Source: Camelus ferus (taxonomy: Eukaryota). Taken from it: a stretch of DNA of 64,000 nt. A program made the translations under genes and the position numbers. Location of the stretch: assembly GCF_009834535.1 (NCBI RefSeq), contig NC_045696.1:99574001-99638000 (forward strand), given 5' to 3'. Positions within the stretch are counted from its first letter, which is position 1; each line of letters starts with the position of its first letter. Under the pieces are notes generated by a model, which did not search any database, had not been told where the DNA came from, and was given only the letters and a program-made list of their open reading frames with translations. Positions 1-12,720 of the stretch are shown here, piece after piece.

Positions 1-1070
1 ATTTGCAAAAACATACCTGAAGTATTGTTATCCAAAATATACAAAGAACTCTTAAAACCCAGCGATACAAAACTGACCTGATTAGAAGTGGGCCAAAGAC
101 ATTAACAGACACTTCACCAAAGAAAATATTCAGATGGCAAACAAGTATATGAAAAGATATTCTATGTAATATGTCATCAAGGGAATGCAATCTAAAACAA
201 TAATGACATACCATACACGTCTATTAGAATGTTCAAAATCCAGAACACTGACAACATCAAAGACTTGTGAGGTTTTCAAGCAATAGGAACTCTCATTTCC
301 GTGTGAATGAAAAATGGTACTGTACATTGGAAGACAGTTTGATGATTTCTTACCATACGAAACATACTCTTACCATGTGAACCAGCAATTGCATTCTTTG
401 ATATGTACCCAAATGAGCTGAAATCATATGTCCACACAGAAAACTGCACACAGATGTTTACAGCAGCTTTATTCATTACTGCCAAAACTTGAGAGCAAAA
501 AACACGTCCGTTAGTAGGTGAGTGGATAAACAGTGGTACTTCCAGACAATGGAATATTGTTCAGTGCTAAAAAGAAATGAGCTATCAAGCCATGAAAAGA
601 CATGGAGGAAACTTAAACACATATTAATAAGTGAAATAAGCCAATCTGAAAGGGCTACACACTGTATAATTTCAGCTATACGACAGTCTGGAAAAAGCAA
701 ACTTACAGGACAATACAAAGATCAGCGATTGCCAGAGGTGGGGCATGGGAGATGGAGAGAGATAGCAGAGCACAGAGGATTTTTAGGACAGTAAAATTAC
801 TCTGTATGATACTATACTGATGAATATATGTCATTATATGTTACATATTATTCCAAATCCATGGAACCTTAAATACAAACTATGGACTTTGGTGACTATG
901 ATGTATCACTATAGGCCACATCCCAAATGCAACACTGGTGAGTGATGTTGACAACGGGAGAGGCTATGCATGGATGGAGGCAGGGATAGATGGGGAATCT
1001 CTGTAACTTCCTCTGAATTTTGTTATAAACCTAAAACTGTTCTAAAAAATAACGTCTTAAAAAGAAAAGA
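1..1070 (+). mobile_element. Old LINE-1 3' portion (L1MC-like): degenerate ORF2 end plus 3' UTR
   Basis: Carries L1 ORF2-end motifs (cagatggcaaacaagtatatgaaaagat, gaaatgagctatcaagccatgaaaagacatggaggaaactt). It ends in the L1MC-type terminus taaacctaaaactgttctaaaaaataa plus an A-rich tail. ORFs 130-794 are L1-derived fragments. Confidence 0.9.
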
Positions 1071-2209
1071 TTATAGATTGAGAAATTGAGTGTGAAACAT
1101 CAAGTAGAAAGATAATTTCCAGATGATTAAATCATGATATTTGTAGTAAGTGGTATAACATGAGGGGGAGCTGGCTTTGGATAGACAGTAATTGGTAAAT
1201 CTCCATTCTCTTCTCTGATTTTCCTGGGTGTACAGTGTATAATCTTGTGTTGTTATTTGCTGATTGGTATTTCTCTTCTTCTAGAATTTCACAATGAGTC
1301 ATACAGTGGTCCTTCAGGCAACCACAGCTGATAGCAAAGTGGAGGGAGAAGAAGCACTAACCATTTTCCAAATATCACTCCAGTTTTTTCTCTAGACCAA
1401 ATATGCACTGGACTTCAATAAGCAGTTCTTAGTCAAATTTCAGAGAAAGTTTCCCAAGAGATACATAATTTGTGTCTGTTTCTCTAACCCCTGTTCTTGC
1501 CTTTGTGGTTAAAACTTTAGAATGTAAATTCTTACAGTCTTCTGTCTCCTTTTTCATCCTTCTGTTCTTTCTGCAGTCCTTTATTTAAACATCTCCCTTA
1601 GGACTCAATACCTATGATAGAATAATAGAATTTGGACTCCCATCTATTCTTGGGCCTTGCAATCTTTGCTTCTTTAAGCTCAAGATGACTCCAACTGGAG
1701 CTGTCACCTGCACTGACTTCTGGGAACCCTAAAGGAGGGAGGTGATGGCTTTCTTCTTTTGCATGGTTCCTTGTTTCATGCAATGGAAACGTGATCAAGT
1801 TTTCTTTTAAAGTACCTCAGAATATAACTTGCCACCAAAATAATAAGCTTTGATTTTAAAGACTTCCTAGTTGATTGGAAAAACAGAATTCTTTACCATT
1901 ACTTTGTCCCTTCTCCTTATAGAGTAATAATCCAGGTATTATTATAATTACACAAAAATATGCTCTTATCTGGTCTGGCTTCTCCTCCAAATTAATTAAT
2001 TAACTTACTTTTCTGCTTGAATCTTCCAAATGAGAAAAACCATCCTCACAAGTTTTCCCTCTGGGAGTTACATGTTTCTTTCATAAGAGCTGAGGTGGCT
2101 GTTGCCAATTATTCCACTCTAAACTCATGATCTCTGATCTCAAAGGTGCCCTACCCTTTCCAGGTAATCCCTTGAAGGTATTTTATCTACTTGCCTTCAG
2201 TAGCTTCTG

Positions 2210-2428
2210 AAGGCAGAGTCCCTGGTTTTCAAATCTTGACTTTCTTAATTTACTAGCTGTACTGCTTTGGGAAAACCACTTAATCAACTCTATGACCATG
2301 TTTCCTCATCTATTAAAGTGGGATAAAATTCACCCTAGTATTGTTGAATGATTTATTATTTTAAGTAAAGTACTTAACACAGAGCTGTGCATAAAGTAAA
2401 CATAATATAAACACTATCTCTTATTATT
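2210..2428 (+). mobile_element. MIR SINE
   Basis: Core ttcaaatcttgac...tactagctgt...gtttcctcatctattaaagtgggata, ending with a tattatta tail. Confidence 0.8.
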
Positions 2429-2459
2429 AATCTTGAATATTTCTTCTTCTCTGGCTCCT

Positions 2460-4420
2460 TCTCATTCACATTTGCACACAGAATGTTTCTTCCATCTTAG
2501 AAAAAACAAACAAAACCTTTCTTTATCCCACATCTGCCTCCAGTGACCATTCTCTTTTCTCCTCTTTAAAGCCCAACACCTTCTGTCTGTATTTACAACC
2601 TTTAATCACTTACCTCCTGCCATTAAAATCACACACACATACTTAAAACATCTCAATCTCATTTCCAGGTCCACCAAATGCCTGCATAAACTTCATCTCA
2701 GATCAGCAAAAGCTCCTTGTGGGCTAGTAGAAGTTTTGCCTTACCGATCTCTCTGCATCATTTGACACTGTTGAAACACTATCTTGTATCTTGCTGACTT
2801 GCTTTTCTTACTATGTCACAGGCTGTAGTCTATGCTTCTTCATGGCCCTGTTTTTCTCTGCCTTTTTCTTAAGTATTGATGTCCTCTAGGTTTCTTTCCT
2901 AGACCTCCCTTTCTTATAACCATTTGTTGTTCAGTTCATTCACATGGCTTCAAAAGCCATCTATAGATGACTCCCAAATCTATATCTCAACTCTACCCTG
3001 TAATCTCTTTCTGAAGTTTATAATTCATGTATCTGCCTGTCTGTTAGACAGCCCTGCTTTTATGGACCTCCATCTCAAAAGTTTTGAGTTGGTTGAACTC
3101 AGCATTTTCACTTGTCAGCGACTTTCCTTCCATTCCTCCATCTCAGTGAATGTCACATCCTTCCTCCCATGTGGAGCCAGAACCCTGGATATAATCTGTG
3201 ACTCATCCTCTGTCTTCCCAGCCACCACATTTAATCAATGACTAAAAACTTTCAATTCCTCCTGAGAGAGACATCCTTTCAATCTGTTCATCTGTCTTTA
3301 TCTCAGCAGCTAGTATTTCAGTCAAAGCCACCATCACTTCTTAACCAGTTCAGAACAGCAGTTTTTGATTCGTATTCTCATTCCCCAGCTTTTCCCACCC
3401 AAATCCATTCTTCACTCTGCCATCAGGGCACTTCTTTTTAAGTGAAAACTGACTCCTGCCAGTCCTCCTGCCCACTTAATACCCATCAGGGGTTTCTCAT
3501 TGATTTAAGCAAAAACTCAAGCTCCTCTTCACACTCAGTCTTGGATGACCCCATCCCTGGGGACAGAAATGCTCTGGTCTCATTTCTCAACTTTTGCTAT
3601 CTTCCATTTATCCTCCAAGCATACAGAACACGCTTTAGTCTTCAGACATAACTTACTTCCAACCCTACTTATATCTCATTGCCTCATTCTAGAACTCTCT
3701 TCCTACTACCCACCTCCTTTAGCTGGCTGTAGAAGTTTGCTGGGTTTCTTTCCCAGGCCTCCCTTTCTTATAATTGCTAGGGTTGTCATAACAAGGTACT
3801 GCAGACTGGGTGGCTTAAACGACAGAATTTATCTTCTCACAGAAGTCCAATATTAAGGTGCTAGCAAGTTGGGTCTCTTCTGAGGGTCTTGTAGATGGCC
3901 GCCTTCTCCCTGTGTCCTCACATGGTCTTTTCTCTGTGTGTGCACAACCATGGTGTCCCTTTGTGTGCTCAAATGTCCTGTTCTTATAAGAACGCAAGTC
4001 ATATTGGATTAAGTCCCACTCTAATGTCCTCATTTTAGCTTAATCACACCTTTAAAGACCTTACATCCAAATATAGTCACATTCTGGAGTCCAGGGCGTT
4101 AGAAATTCAACATATGAATGCGGGGGCACATTTCAGCCTATAATACTGGCTAATGCCTGTGTAGACTTCAGACCTCCTCTGACACTAATTTTTTGCAAGT
4201 GTGTTCATTAATCTTCCAACTCTAACTTACATGCTGGCTTCTGGGCACTCTCATAACACCTTGGAGTTTCCCCTTCCAAGAATATGCTATCTTATCTGCT
4301 TCTCCCACTATATTTAAACAATATGAGTATAAAACCCATATGTTTTTGGCTACTACAGTGTTCCCCAGAACCTAGTACAGTGTATGGCACATAAAAGCCA
4401 TTGCATTAATGCAAGAATAA
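2460..4420 (+). mobile_element. LINE-2 fragment interrupted by an MLT1A LTR
   Basis: L2 motifs tttgacactgttga and atggcttcaa...gatgactcccaaatctatatctc; the 3' end cctagtacagtgtatggcacata lies after the LTR. Confidence 0.75.
3765..4145 (-). mobile_element. MaLR solo LTR (MLT1A-like)
   Basis: ctagggttgtcataacaaggtactgcagactgggtggcttaaac ... ttaatcacacctttaaagacc ... aattcaacatatgaat ... cagcctataata matches the reverse complement of the recalled MLT1A consensus. Confidence 0.9.
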
Positions 4421-4949
4421 TTGGTACACCCTCCCTTGTTTCCTTTCCTTACCTCTTTTTCTAGTCTTATTTGTCAGAGCCCCACCATCATTTTAATAAG
4501 GAATCTAACTCGCAATACACGTTTTCCAAATAGACTACACCTTCTACTAATTTGTGCCTTTGCTAATTCTGCCTGAAATTCCCTCTCTGAATTCCTTCTT
4601 AGCCATAACCCTTGCTAATCCTTCAAGGCTGAACTCCTGTGGGAAGCTTGAGTACCTAGAATACGTACCGATACATCCTTTTCTGGGCTCATAGCTCCCT
4701 GTTCTTATGATTCATCACCTCCACTAGACCATTTGCTCCTTCAGGAAAGTGATTTTCTTTCTTTCATATTTGTACTTCATAAATTTATTTGAGTAGTTGG
4801 CAATTAGTAGGAGCTCAATACACATTTGGACAAATGTGAGACAAAGCTGACCGTAGTGACATGTATAAATTTCTGTTAAGCCTGATGTGAAGAAAACATT
4901 TTGGTTACTCCTTTAGATGCAAAAGTGCTGAGGGAGGAGTATATTTGTT

Positions 4950-5370
4950 GTGCTACAGGAGGAGCAAAAAGGCCGGTGTGGCTGAAGTAGAAGGAGAGAA
5001 GGGAAGACTGGTGAGAAATGAGGTCAGAGGCAACAGAGGTCAGATCTTTCACAGCCATTTAGGCAATTGTTCAGAGTTTGATTTCACCCTGCGTGAAATA
5101 AGAATGGGGGAAATTTTGATTTATATTTTGACAGCAGGTTGAGAATAGGCTATGAGGGCTGGTGAAAAGGGCGTAGGGGTGGGCAAGGACAGAAGACCAG
5201 TTAGGAAATACTGGTAATAATTCAGGTGAGAGATTATGTGGTGAGGGCTTAGAGGGTGGTCATGGTAGAGATATTGAGAATTGGTTGGAGAGTGGATATA
5301 GTCTGACAGTAGAACTAACAGGAGTACTGACCAATGGGATATAAAGACGTGAGTGAATGAAATGAATGAC
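4950..5370 (-). mobile_element. LINE-2 (L2a-like) fragment
   Basis: ggccggtgtggctgaagtaga...gagaaatgaggtcagag...gaagaccagttagga...ttcaggtgagagat is the typical antisense L2 signature. Confidence 0.8.
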
Positions 5371-8149
5371 TTTGGAGGGTGTGTAGCTCTTCATGTAAGA
5401 TACGTTTTTCAGTATCTATTAACTTAAATAGCCCAGAAATTAGAATGGATACTTTAAGAAACTTGATAAAACTGGAGTCAGAAATATATTTTAGGACTGA
5501 TAGTAGAATGCTGAATAAGACAAAAATTAAGAGTCTTTAGGAGAAATTATAAGAAACATTTTATTTGATATGCTGTAGCAGCATGTGTACGAACAGGGCC
5601 TAAATACAGTTAAAGGGAATCGTAGAGGAAAAGATGATCGGAATGATTTAGGGAAAAAAAAAATTAAACCCTTTACAATGCCAAATTCTTCAGAGTATAA
5701 AGGAATAGTAATTTGAAAAAGAAAAATTACTACCTAAAAAATAACAAATAAAATTTACCTGAGTTACTAAGGAAACTGTATGTTATTTACATGAAGTGTA
5801 AAAAAATATTGTCTGCAATTATGAAAAGAATACGTTTTACTTATGGAAAGAAATACTACAGAATACATTTAAGAATGTACTCTTCTAAAATAAGTAAATC
5901 TAATCAGAGAAAATCTCCCAAATAAAAGTACATATAAATAATTTGATGTATGGCAAAGTATACATTTAATAAAAATATATCCTAACTTTATTTCACATGG
6001 TAAAATAGTGATGCATTTTCAGAAGAATTTCATTATTCCACACATGATTTCTGTTAACATTCCTTTTATTCTAGATACCCTGTTCCTGTGACAAATTTGT
6101 TTAGATAAAATGACTCTGTTTACTTCTACAATAGAGATTTTTATTTATTTTTAAAACTGCCTTTCACATCATGGGATGTGGTTAAGATAAGAATAGTTTT
6201 TAATCATTGATTTCCTCTTTGGTCTATCTCTTCTTTCATTTTCAGATGACAGCTCCCCCCCCCCCCATTTTGTAGCTGTATACCTTGCATTTTGGGTTCT
6301 GTATGATTTTTTACTTTTTTTGACATTTTGTTCAATTAAATTATAAATATGGTCAGAAGATAAAGAAGAAAAATACTTCTTATTTTGAGTGGAAGTTTCA
6401 AATGTTAAGAATAACTGAGCTACCAAAAGAAATAACATATTTCAAAGCCCAAAAATCCTATAGAGAAATACATCTCTCTCTCGTAGATTAAACAGAACCT
6501 TTCTCTTTCTTCTTTTCCTTTATATTTTAAACAATCACAGCATTAGGGATCAAAACACAGTAACATATTTGTACTTAGCAGGTGTTTACATAATTATATT
6601 ATACAGATATTCATTACAAATAATGTTTTTCCATATAGTGCATTTAATAAGGGCAGGCATATTCTTTTTCAAATGCACTTTAGTGTAAGACTGTAATTTC
6701 ATCCAAAGGTTATAGTGGTATAAAAAATGACAGAGAACATTTAGTTTAGTTCTTCATTGTCATTAGAATCACAAGACAGAATTACACCTTTATGTGTACT
6801 GCTTTGGAGCATTCATCAATTTAAATTTTAATAAACATCAGTTTCAAGCTAGTTTAATCTAATAAAAGAGAGCATTATTTCTCAATTACTAGCCAGTTTC
6901 TACAAACCTCTCATTCTTTCTCCCCTACAATTTTTACCAGTCTTATTCTTTCCATGATTCAGAGTTCAATGTATTGGTACAGAATTTAACTTAACTCACT
7001 GAGTATGATTTCAAATGAAAATATTTTACTTTATTTTGAAAAAAAAAACTAAAAAATAAATCATAATCCTTTTTATATTTTTTTATAGCATTGCAAAATG
7101 ATTTCTATAGAACACTAAAAAAACCACTTGTTCAATTCAGGTCAGTACACATTTATTGAACAAAAAATACACGTAATGTTTAATTATTGCATAGGATATA
7201 GAAATGAAAAGGGCATTTCCTATCCTTAATAAGCTTACAGTATAATGAAGAGATACTGAATAATTATAATGAAAGGAGAAAAATGACTGGAAGAGAGTTA
7301 AAAGTTTGACAAAGCTGTTAGACCTATGAGGTACATGTGGACTAGATGCCCAGGAATGTACTCAGCTCAAGATTCATTTTGGCAGCTTTTTCAGGTTTAG
7401 TGCCTTGTTGGCATTGGAAAGATCAGACAAGGAAGTCTGAAAAATAAAGATCAACTTGGGGAAATGCAAGTAAGCAATGTAACTCATCACCTGTCTGTAA
7501 GTGGAAGCAGGAGTCGAGGTCTAAGAAAGCGTAGTGAAGAATCTATGTAGGGATACCGGGGAAGGAATGAGCTCTGGGGAATCCCATGGAAACCCTAGAT
7601 AGCTTCTTCACTCTATGCTTAATGCATCCAAGCTGAGCAGGGGTGCAAGTGACCGAAAAACTGGAGTAACAGAACTAAGTACTATGAAAGGGTTGAGGGA
7701 CTAGAGGCCATGAGATGATGAACAGAGTAAATAGAGTGTGGAAATACAGTAAGTTTAGGGACAATATCTTAGAGTCAGAGGGACAATGCAGAATTCCAAT
7801 TTTTATGAGCCAAACGTGACGATGAAATGCAAATTATGACTGAAATGGAATAACATCTAGTCACTGGAGTTCAAGATGTTGAGGGACTGAGAGCCCAATA
7901 TTTGCCTGGCTATTAGAACTGCCAGATAAAATTCAAGATTCCCATGAAGAAATCTGCAAACTTCAGAGAAGTAGAAAACAGATGCAAAATAGGGAAGATG
8001 AAACATGGTTTATCTCAGTTTTACTCAAAAACAGGTGGTAGAGTGATACTGGCAGAATATAGATCTAGAAGTGTTAGTGAGTAGCAAACTGACTGCTCAT
8101 CACCATCCTTGGTCTACTAGGAGTCAGGTTCAGTTAATCAAAAGGGATG

Positions 8150-8320
8150 TAAAGACCCAGGACTTTGAATGTGGCAGACCAAGGTTGAGGATCGGCTCCA
8201 TTATTAACTAATTGTGTACCATGGGCAAGTTACTTTAACTCTATAAAGCCCAGCTTCCTCATCTCCAATATTAAGATAATAATAATAACTACCTCTTGAG
8301 ATTTTTATAGAAATGAAATA
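8150..8320 (+). mobile_element. MIR SINE
   Basis: tgtgtaccatgggcaagttactttaactct...cagcttcctcatct...ataataataataactacctc. Confidence 0.85.
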
Positions 8321-9242
8321 TAGCTTAATAAACAACAGTAATGGTCTTTGGGGAAATAATAGCTAGTGACTATAGGTATTATGGAGATAGCCTGTGAAGA
8401 GGAAAAAAAATAGCATAGAAAAATGTGGCAGATGGGCAGTACTGATTAGAGCTAAGAGCCCCAATGAGAAAGCGGGAAGAACTATGTTGGGAAGAAGTTA
8501 TGTTTAATAAAGGGGAGCACTGAATACTCAACAACTTGTTGGGGGCAATTCACATGGTCAAAATTATACTTGGGATATTGTTTTGGCACTGTGGGGCACT
8601 GTAGAATTATCTCATGCTGAGAGATTTGGTGATTTCTTCCCAATTTGAGGATGAAGCCAGTGTGAGGGCAAAGGGATACGTTGATATAGTAGTAGTGGTT
8701 ATACTGCAGAGACCTTCACCTTCCTTCAATGGCCTCATCCCTAATCAATGCATAACAAAACCAACCAGCCAGCTAGTAAACCAAAAAAACCATTCAGGGG
8801 CAGGGTTAACTAATAAACATGAAAAAATAAAAACTGGGGTTACTTGAACCTTGTCTATAATTCACTGATTCTTCATACTTTAATTTGGAAATAGGAACAT
8901 TTTTATTATTGCAAAACTGTATGTCTTTCCCCTTCACTTCCTCCTACAATGCCTCATTTCATTTACACTATTTCAGTTAGATGCTTCCTTTGTTTTGTTC
9001 TTTTGCAAGCTCTACATGGTCTTAGGAGGATTAAGAAGGACATCCTTGGGAAGAGCATCCTTCGGTCACATAATTGACACACTTTCTCTCCTCCTTCTTC
9101 CTTCTTCCCAGTGTGTCTCTTACTTTCCCTTCTTTTAGTTGCTGGAGAAGTCATTTTCTCCATCCTGTCCTTTTCTGGGTATGAAAACGTAAATTGTGAA
9201 TTATTCCAACTTAGGTAACCCTTAGGATAATTTTTTAAGCAG

Positions 9243-9353
9243 CAGGAAACAGGGCTATCTGGCTGCGCAGATAATGATATCAGCTGCTTCCTTCCAAAAC
9301 AACAGGTGCTTTGGCATAAGAACGTATATCATCATACTGAGATGATGACATCA
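9243..9353. promoter_or_regulatory. Candidate enhancer: ETS, paired CTG-N7-GATA, E-box and CRE-like cluster
   Basis: CAGGAAAC 9243-9250; CTATCTG-gctgcg-CAGATAA 9255-9274; CAGCTG 9281-9286; CTTCCTT 9287-9293; CAGGTG 9303-9308; ATGACATCA 9345-9353. Lies in non-repeat sequence. Motif evidence only. Confidence 0.35.
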
Positions 9354-11594
9354 GTTCATACTTCAGCTTAATTATAAACTACCTCCATTAATCCTCAAAT
9401 AATTAAACATTTTGTGTGTGCTGCAAGGTGAAATGTAAAGTTAAAGGTGCCTGGATGTTTATTAAAAGGTTTTGAAAATATCTTTCCTCTACTATGCATT
9501 TCTTTGTACATCAGCGGAATAAAATTTGAAGTGTATTTCAAAAATAATATTTTGCTTCTATCAGAGAAAATAAAGGATAAGATAATTAATGAAATGTAAT
9601 ATTTTAAATGCTTCTATGAGCTTAGAACCACCACAAGGAATGCTAATAGCTATGCATGCTATATATGATTAAGAGTTAATGGCAAAATAATTTTAATTAA
9701 AAATATTAAATATTTGAAGCACCCTTATTGATACTTCAGTTTTGTATCTTCAAAAATAAATGCCAAATACTTGCATTTACATTGCATGAAAAACAAATAT
9801 TCAATCAAGTGGAGTCTGATGTGCATCATTAAAATGAGGTACAGCAGATGTTTTGGTAAAAATGAAACTATTTTATGAAGTAACATTGGCTCATTGCTTA
9901 TAGTTTCAATATTTAGAAATTTCAGCTAAAGACTTTTACTATATTATTTATATCATTAAACTCAAAATGGAACTATGGAAACCCAAAACCTTTCTTGATT
10001 CAGTAAAGAAATGTAACAAATAAGATTATTCTATCCTTTAACTTTAAATATAGCTGACCTTCTTTAAAGTAGTTGTTACCTTCATGAGCCAGATGTGTTT
10101 CTAAGCAAATTACTTACATGAAATATATCCAAGGACATAGCCATTTACAAATCAATAAATTATGCATTTGTCATTTGTTATGGGGTACGACTTATGCTGA
10201 CATCTTCAACATGCATACAAGTGTCCTAGCACTTAGTAATCGCATTAGCAATTTAGCAGAGGTGATTTTCTGAGGGAATGAGAAGACAGTGGTTTAGAAA
10301 ATTGTTTTCATCATAGAAGTAGGTATTCCCACAGATTTTAGTTATTCACAACACATCAATTTAAAAGTCCACCTTCCTGAGGTTATATTACAATTGCCAT
10401 GAAGTACATTCTGTGAGTTCCCAGGCATGCGTCATTATCTGTTTATCATGAAGACAGCAAAACAGCTGTACAAAGTTGTTCTTAAGTGGATCACTTTTTC
10501 CATTTTTTAAAATGTAACCAGTTAACAAGACTTTTTTTTTTCTTGGTAGGCACATAATGATAAATTTATCCAAGGAGAGTTTTATTCTTTGCAAGTAAAA
10601 CTCAGACTGGAAATTTCCAGTGGATTTAGCTGGAACATTTGGGTGACCATATGGAGCTCTCCATGGCGCCACGGGACCATGCAGCTATGAAATCTGATCA
10701 CTATCTCCCCAGTGACAGCTGGGCCTTTACACCATCAGAAAATTTTCAGACTTCTAATTTGTCATAACTACCTCCTGTGGAAAGGAAATATGTTACGGAG
10801 CCAGATACAAAAATTCTTAGTATCCAGCCCTATAAACGGTTAATTCCTTAACTGCATTTTGCGATTCACTGATGCAACGCCTACACCAAAAAACATATGG
10901 AGTCTTGTTCAGTTCGGGTTAGCCAATTGCTCCACCCATTCAAAAAGCCATTTGCACAGAAATGTATCCAGAGAAAGATTCTGTCACAGAGCTTAGCATT
11001 TTAAACACATTTAACTTTCAGTTGCTCTCAGTCAGTTGTGCCACTGAGAGGTTTCATCTGAGCTCCATTGGCCCTACTGGTCTCTTTAGGTCCAATGACT
11101 CTTCATTTGAGTAGTTGAATATTATGCTATGGCTCCCAGTCCCTGCTTCTTTCTATGTAGTGAGGCTGAAACTGTTTACCTGCTGTGCTTCTTTCACTCT
11201 ATCAGCAGCTCACAGGCTTATTAAGTATCCCTCTGGCTATCCAAAGAGGGAGATGTTTTGCTCCTCTCCCTTTCTGACCACTTAGCTGAAGTTCCTGCTT
11301 GGGAATCGCCTCATAACCATTCCCATCACAGAAAGAGCTCCTAGGATGAAGTTCGTGTTTTTCCTCAACCCAACTGTCATTGAAGACTTTTAAGATGTGA
11401 CTTCAACTTCTACTGGTCAAGTCCTTTGGTAGCTTTTTTAATGTCTCACCCCATTAATCATTTTCTAAAAACAATCACTTAATTAGCTATTCAGAGATTA
11501 GGATCGTATTTTAAATTTATCATGAGGTGGTCTGTATCTTTTGTAACCTACAAGTCCAAAATCCATCCAGGCTAATTTCATAGTACAGTTCACA

Positions 11595-11848
11595 TAATGA
11601 TAATAGCTAACATCTCCTCAGCACTTACTGTGTGTTTGGCATTAGTCTAAATACTTTCAGTGAATGAACTCATTTATACTCTACAACATTCCTGTGAGGT
11701 TGACACGGTTGTCATCATTCTCATTTTAGAGATGAGTAGCCAAGGTACCATTTGACTAAGGTCACTTGTAATTATCAGATTTAGGATTTGAAGCCAGGTT
11801 GTCTGGTTTGAAAGCCAGTGCTGTTAATCATTACACCATGCTACCTCT
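11595..11848 (-). mobile_element. MIR SINE, near full length
   Basis: ataatagctaacat...agcacttactgtgtg...cattttagagatgag...ggatttgaagccagg...acaccatgctacctc. Confidence 0.85.
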
Positions 11849-12442
11849 CAAATTAGGAACGTGGGGGTTTAGCTTGGCACTGAAATGGACAGAAAACAAA
11901 GATGAATTCTATTAGTTCTGCCACCTTGAACTAGCTCTGGTGATGCTGAGAATGGCACCTGCTCTGGGCCTCTGTTTCCTCATTTTAAAGTTACGATGAG
12001 ACTAGTTCTTTCCTTTGCAGCAATAAAATGTTACGGACGGTATAGGCTCTCTGTAGGTGACTATAGTTCACAAGTATTCATACAGGCACTGATTATTTTA
12101 ATGGCCACTTTATCTTAAGACTATTTTCTTTAATTTCAGTACTGCTGGTACTACTACTCCGCACATGTTTTTTTAATCCATCCAGCAGTTTGCTTTCTAT
12201 TACTCTTCAGCACTCCATTCTTCAGTAATTTCTCCTCATGCTCTACATCAAAATCAAACAAGCAAAATCATGCTTTTTGTCCCGTGCACCTACTATACTC
12301 ATATCCGAGATCTCTCCTGATTAATCCATGTCAGTCTACTTTCTCTGACCTTAGCCAGTTGTTTCTTCATGCCAATCATTATACCCTACGTTAGCCATTT
12401 TCTACTTCCTTTCTTCAAGCGAGCATTACATTCTACTAAGGA

Positions 12443-12720
12443 GTACTAAATCAGGGTTGGATGGAGTCACCCAAGGCACTTCAGCTCCCCTTCCAGCACT
12501 GCCTTTAAATTGCACTGCAGATGTCCCATGGAATTTCTCCATCTACAGAAAACACTCAGCTTAGCAGATTTACTTAATTCTTCCAGAATGTCCACTTCCA
12601 ACTGATAATGGGCTTCAAGCACATCTACAAAATACTTGTCCTGCAATACGTAGATCAGTATTTGGCTAATACCTAGGGGCCGTAGGTTTGCCAAGTGGAC
12701 ACATGAAAATGACTATCACA
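12443..12720 (-). mobile_element. MLT2-type ERVL LTR (3' LTR of the adjacent internal segment, internally shortened)
   Basis: Ends ...gccaagtggacacatgaaaatgactatcaca, the reverse complement of the MLT2 5' end TGTGAT. It directly abuts the ERVL polypurine tract (gtccaccccc). Confidence 0.8.
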
